Made by a program: the position numbers and the translations under genes
From: a virus
Lineage: Duplodnaviria; Caudoviricetes
DNA length: 47,804 nt
Virus record (IMG/VR): IMGVR_UViG_3300030095_001639
Span: 1-47,804 of that record
Direction: 5' to 3' (one strand)
Shown: piece by piece, positions 45,071 to 47,804 of the stretch
Numbering within the stretch: the first letter of the stretch is position 1
Layout of the letters: each line of letters begins with the position of its first letter
The notes under the pieces: generated by a model
The model's database searches: none
The model's input: the letters and a program-made list of their open reading frames with translations, nothing else
Told to the model about the DNA's origin: nothing

Positions 45071-45752
45071 TGTTCTGTGCTTCTACTTTTTCTGCATTAA
45101 CCGTCAGTTGTTCTGCATGTCTCTTAATTTGGTTTAACGGTATAGCATCAGCAATGTTACCTGACACAGAAATTCTTGTTACATCAGAATAAAAAGGTGA
45201 AACATAATGTTTTAACCACGCAGGAAAAACAAACATATCGTTCTCGTTAGGAATTACAGATTGGTACGTAATTGCTTGTCTGCTTCCTTCACCATAAACA
45301 AAAGATAAACTTCCGGGTCCACCAGACTTACCAACATATTTTCTTTGCTCTTCTTTTATTTCTTCTGGTACTTTTAAAAATATAACAAATGACAATTGAT
45401 CAGAATGATCGTGAGGTGGATTGAACTCATGCCTCTTCATGTAATTTACCCACAACGTAGTTAAAAGGTATTCTGGTTTTTGTTTGTACTTTTCATTTTT
45501 AAATTTCTGAAAAGCTTGATCATAGACTCCTAATACTTGTGATATCTCTGGTAAAAAGTCTTGTATCCTTTCATACATGTATTCTTCTTTTATGATACCT
45601 GCAAGTTTATCCTGGTATCCTAAGTTTTTACTACGTGCATCTTCGGCACCTTTTAATAACTTATCTTTAAACGAATCACTTATCTTTAATTGCATAACAC
45701 ACGGGCCCCAATTAAGTACTCCGTATGTCACCTCGTTCTTTTCATTTTCCAT
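45060..45752 (-). CDS. 2OG-Fe(II) oxygenase, TIGR02466-like
   Basis: WVNY....EFNPPHDH...LSFVIFL, FPAWLKHYV.P, RISVSGN. Confidence 0.85.
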   Translation of the reverse strand: MENEKNEVTYGVLNWGPCVMQLKISDSFKDKLLKGAEDARSKNLGYQDKLAGIIKEEYMYERIQDFLPEISQVLGVYDQAFQKFKNEKYKQKPEYLLTTLWVNYMKRHEFNPPHDHSDQLSFVIFLKVPEEIKEEQRKYVGKSGGPGSLSFVYGEGSRQAITYQSVIPNENDMFVFPAWLKHYVSPFYSDVTRISVSGNIADAIPLNQIKRHAEQLTVNAEKVEAQNNDK

Positions 45753-45957
45753 TTTTTCTACCCATCATTGTTTTTAGATTATTGTTTTCTTCTGTAAGAG
45801 CGTCTACAACTTTAGATAGATTTTCTTTCATAACCTCCAACTCAAGGATTGCTTTTCCTGCTTGTCGGCATTTAAATTGTAAAAATTCTTTTTGTTTAGT
45901 CAACATATCTATTTGTTCTTCTAGATCGTTGGGTCCTCTTTTATTTTCTAGTGTCAT
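45742..45957 (-). CDS. Small coiled-coil protein
   Basis: Heptad pattern; coupled to neighbours. Confidence 0.6.
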   Translation of the reverse strand: MTLENKRGPNDLEEQIDMLTKQKEFLQFKCRQAGKAILELEVMKENLSKVVDALTEENNNLKTMMGRKNGK

Positions 45958-46145
45958 TGTATTCTATGTATTCCATCCGAGTCTATGATAATTCCCTCAG
46001 CATCTTCTGGATATACTTCTCCTTCCGAATCACATACACCACAATTTGCATGTACTTCTTCTTTTACTAATTGATATGGTACTCTTACAAATCCATTACC
46101 TTTACAGGTAGGACAGATTATTTTACTTTTCTTTGACTTTTCCAT
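45954..46145 (-). CDS. DnaJ-type zinc-finger mini-protein
   Basis: CPTCKGNG...CGVCDSEG. Confidence 0.75.
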   Translation of the reverse strand: MEKSKKSKIICPTCKGNGFVRVPYQLVKEEVHANCGVCDSEGEVYPEDAEGIIIDSDGIHRIQ

Positions 46146-46296
46146 TTAGTTTCCTCGCTTTCTCATTTACTAAAATACTTATAGTTTGTGATCTACTTAA
46201 AACTGTGTCTGGTTGTATTACTTTTCTTATCTTATCGATGAGATCATATGTTTTATGACTCAGGGATACGTTTTTATATTTAGTTATATCGGTCAT
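46123..46296 (-). CDS. 57-aa putative ribbon-helix-helix regulator (MTDITKYKNVSLSHKTYDLID...LSRSQTISILV)
   Basis: Hand-translated; AGAAAGGAG RBS at 46305-46313; beta-helix-SRS-helix pattern. Confidence 0.6.
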   Translation of the reverse strand: MTDITKYKNVSLSHKTYDLIDKIRKVIQPDTVLSRSQTISILVNEKARKLNGKVKEK

Positions 46297-46353
46297 GTGA
46301 TATACTCCTTTCTTAGATTTATCATATGGGATTTATCTCACAATATACAATAG

Positions 46354-46572
46354 GTGTCAATGAAATTTGTTTTAATATTAATAATGTGTTCTGGAATGTC
46401 GGGTCAATGTATAGAACCTTTTGAGTGGCCTCAAAGATTTAATACAATGTATGAATGTTTACAGTTTGGTTATGGAGAGTCTTCTAAAAAATTAGCAGAA
46501 ATGGGTCCAGAAACTGTCAACAAAGTATACGCTCACGTAAAATTTTATTGTCAACCAATTACAGAAACATAA
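46354..46572 (+). CDS. Small Cys-containing exported protein (putative)
   Basis: MKFVLILIMCS signal-like N-terminus; four Cys. Confidence 0.6.
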   Translation: MSMKFVLILIMCSGMSGQCIEPFEWPQRFNTMYECLQFGYGESSKKLAEMGPETVNKVYAHVKFYCQPITET

Positions 46573-46577
46573 TCATT

Positions 46578-46664
46578 ATGGCTGCCGGTAGGTCTCACCC
46601 GGCATTATATCTAACGCATCTTACAGCGCATATTCCCGAAGGACTACAAAGACCAATGGGCCAT
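46578..46664 (-). ncRNA. Candidate compact structured RNA
   Basis: Closing stem ATGGC/GCCAT, TCC-TTCG-GGA hairpin, GCCGG/CCGGC hairpin, GGTCT/AGACC possible pseudoknot. Confidence 0.45.
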
Positions 46665-46876
46665 TAATTTTGTATACAACCATAAAAATGTCCGCTGCCA
46701 TCATTCATGACATGAGCATTGATAGGGTAGTCGTGATATGTCGTAAGTTTTAATCTTACGATATCACAAAGATCAAACAGGTCTAATTCTTTTACCAATA
46801 AAGACATATGTTCCATCATCTGCTTTGTTAACGGAACTAATTGATACATCCCGTCGTTTAAAATTATAAGATCCAC
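46664..46876 (-). CDS. Small hypothetical protein
   Basis: GTG start with AAGGAG upstream. Confidence 0.6.
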   Translation of the reverse strand: MDLIILNDGMYQLVPLTKQMMEHMSLLVKELDLFDLCDIVRLKLTTYHDYPINAHVMNDGSGHFYGCIQN

Positions 46877-46997
46877 TTACATACTCCTTTATTAGTTTGT
46901 ACCAAAGATCTTTGTATTTAGGATCTTTGGTTTTATTCCACATAGCAGCAGCATCATCTATCTTCTTTTGCATCCTCTCCCCCGATTCTATTTCCAA
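46773..46997 (-). CDS. Small hypothetical protein (start uncertain)
   Basis: A..WNKTKDPKYKDLWYK motif; long overlap with the next ORF. Confidence 0.5.
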   Translation of the reverse strand: MEIESGERMQKKIDDAAAMWNKTKDPKYKDLWYKLIKEYVSGSYNFKRRDVSISSVNKADDGTYVFIGKRIRPV

Positions 46998-47148
46998 ATT
47001 GTATAATCTTTTTGATCCCCGGTCCCTGTAGCTCTATCTTCGCATAACTTTTCCAGGATTTTTTAATCAAATTTAATTCTAACACAAGATTAGACCATTG
47101 TTTTTGTGTAATGTCTTTACTAGTTATTATTATTTTTTTTTCTTTCAT
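46954..47148 (-). CDS. Small hypothetical protein
   Basis: AGAAAGGT RBS and promoter upstream. Confidence 0.65.
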   Translation of the reverse strand: MKEKKIIITSKDITQKQWSNLVLELNLIKKSWKSYAKIELQGPGIKKIIQFGNRIGGEDAKEDR

Positions 47149-47166
47149 ATTACCTTTCTATATTTT

Positions 47167-47195
47167 CTTATAGGATATTATGTTAGGTCTGTCAA
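47167..47195 (-). promoter_or_regulatory. Sigma70 promoter containing the TAGGATATTATG motif
   Basis: TTGACA-N17-TATAAG on the minus strand. Confidence 0.65.
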
Positions 47196-47326
47196 CCCTG
47201 GCCTTTGTATCTTGTTAATTTTTTTTGACGTTTCTCGTTCTTGTTGAGATTTTTTTTATGTTGCCGTGGTCCACGTTTCTTGGGTTTATCTCGAGGTATG
47301 AAGTGTGTGAATTTTTGTTTGGCCAA
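47192..47326 (-). CDS. 44-aa basic peptide (MAKQKFTHFIPRDKPKKRGPRQH...RYKGQG)
   Basis: Hand-translated; TTG start directly after the upstream stop. Confidence 0.55.
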   Translation of the reverse strand: MAKQKFTHFIPRDKPKKRGPRQHKKNLNKNEKRQKKLTRYKGQG

Positions 47327-47536
47327 TTACTTTAACCAATCCTTTACGACTGGTACGCCGCCATCTTCACGTGCCGTTAACACAGGTAAATAAGTTATCT
47401 TACCATTGACGTGTTGTTGTAAATCTGCACCGCAGTTCATACATCTATATAATTCAGGAGATAGACTAACTAACATTGTTATTTCACTGCATGTAGGACA
47501 TTCACCATTAACTACTTCTGCCTGTATTTTTACCAT
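47327..47536 (-). CDS. Zinc-ribbon protein
   Basis: CPTC...YRCMNCG. Confidence 0.7.
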   Translation of the reverse strand: MVKIQAEVVNGECPTCSEITMLVSLSPELYRCMNCGADLQQHVNGKITYLPVLTAREDGGVPVVKDWLK

Positions 47537-47748
47537 TACTCTAATATTAGCTTTTTTATCGACAAAGATCCATCTATATTTTCTTCAAGTTCTGCTTTTG
47601 ATTTAATACATTGATATTTTATGTGTGACTTAGATGCACGTTTTGCGACACGCTTGCCTTTCAAACAATCAGACATTGTTGGTTGTATACGGGCTTCCTT
47701 AATCTCTCCGTGTACAATCATAAGTAAAGCTACAATCAACTCTGTCAT
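47536..47748 (-). CDS. Small protein with hydrophobic N-terminus and two Cys
   Basis: ORF-track entry; coupled to neighbours. Confidence 0.6.
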   Translation of the reverse strand: MTELIVALLMIVHGEIKEARIQPTMSDCLKGKRVAKRASKSHIKYQCIKSKAELEENIDGSLSIKKLILE

Positions 47749-47804
47749 TAGTGTGCACTCTTTCCATTTGCTCTAACTTTATCTTTTAAATCTTCAACAT
47801 CATT
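47748..47804 (-). CDS. 3' end of a gene entering from the window edge (...DVEDLKDKVRANGKSAH)
   Basis: Open frame ending in a TAATG overlap. Confidence 0.5.
   Translation of the reverse strand, partial: NDVEDLKDKVRANGKSAH

Noticed and set aside
46578-46664. Possible tRNA
   Set aside because: No 7-bp acceptor stem, T-loop consensus or D-arm; kept only as an unknown structured RNA

Overview
AT-rich, gene-dense segment of a tailed dsDNA phage genome with podovirus-like organisation. It is most consistent with a marine Pelagibacter (SAR11)-type phage of the uvMED / HTVC023P / vSAG 37-F6 kind; that assignment comes from recalled protein-family resemblance and Shine-Dalgarno shape, not from a database search. 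Positions 1-39608 form one long minus-strand late block. In transcription order it contains the terminase large subunit, two putative internal proteins, portal, holin, a run of very basic small proteins, GroES, scaffold, major capsid, adaptors and tail fibres. It then carries an inserted 7-gene enzyme cassette (five 2OG-Fe(II) oxygenase-like genes, a carbamoyltransferase and a flavin-dependent halogenase), followed by a nozzle-like protein and ejection-type proteins. Positions ~39600-47804 are an early/middle region with strong sigma70 promoters, a recurring operator-like motif, palindromes, candidate structured RNAs, iteron-like repeats, a Gp88-like protein, a resolvase-like nuclease, the terminase small subunit, an exonuclease and a LAGLIDADG protein. 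The strongest leads are: (1) a hydrophobic-x-x-Gly-Gly peptide tag shared by about a dozen unrelated late proteins, together with one protein carrying the tape-measure-type domain normally attached to that motif; (2) the modification-enzyme cassette beside the tail-fibre genes; (3) several compact candidate RNA structures, one of which could sequester a ribosome-binding site. No tRNA, rRNA, CRISPR array or integrase was seen.
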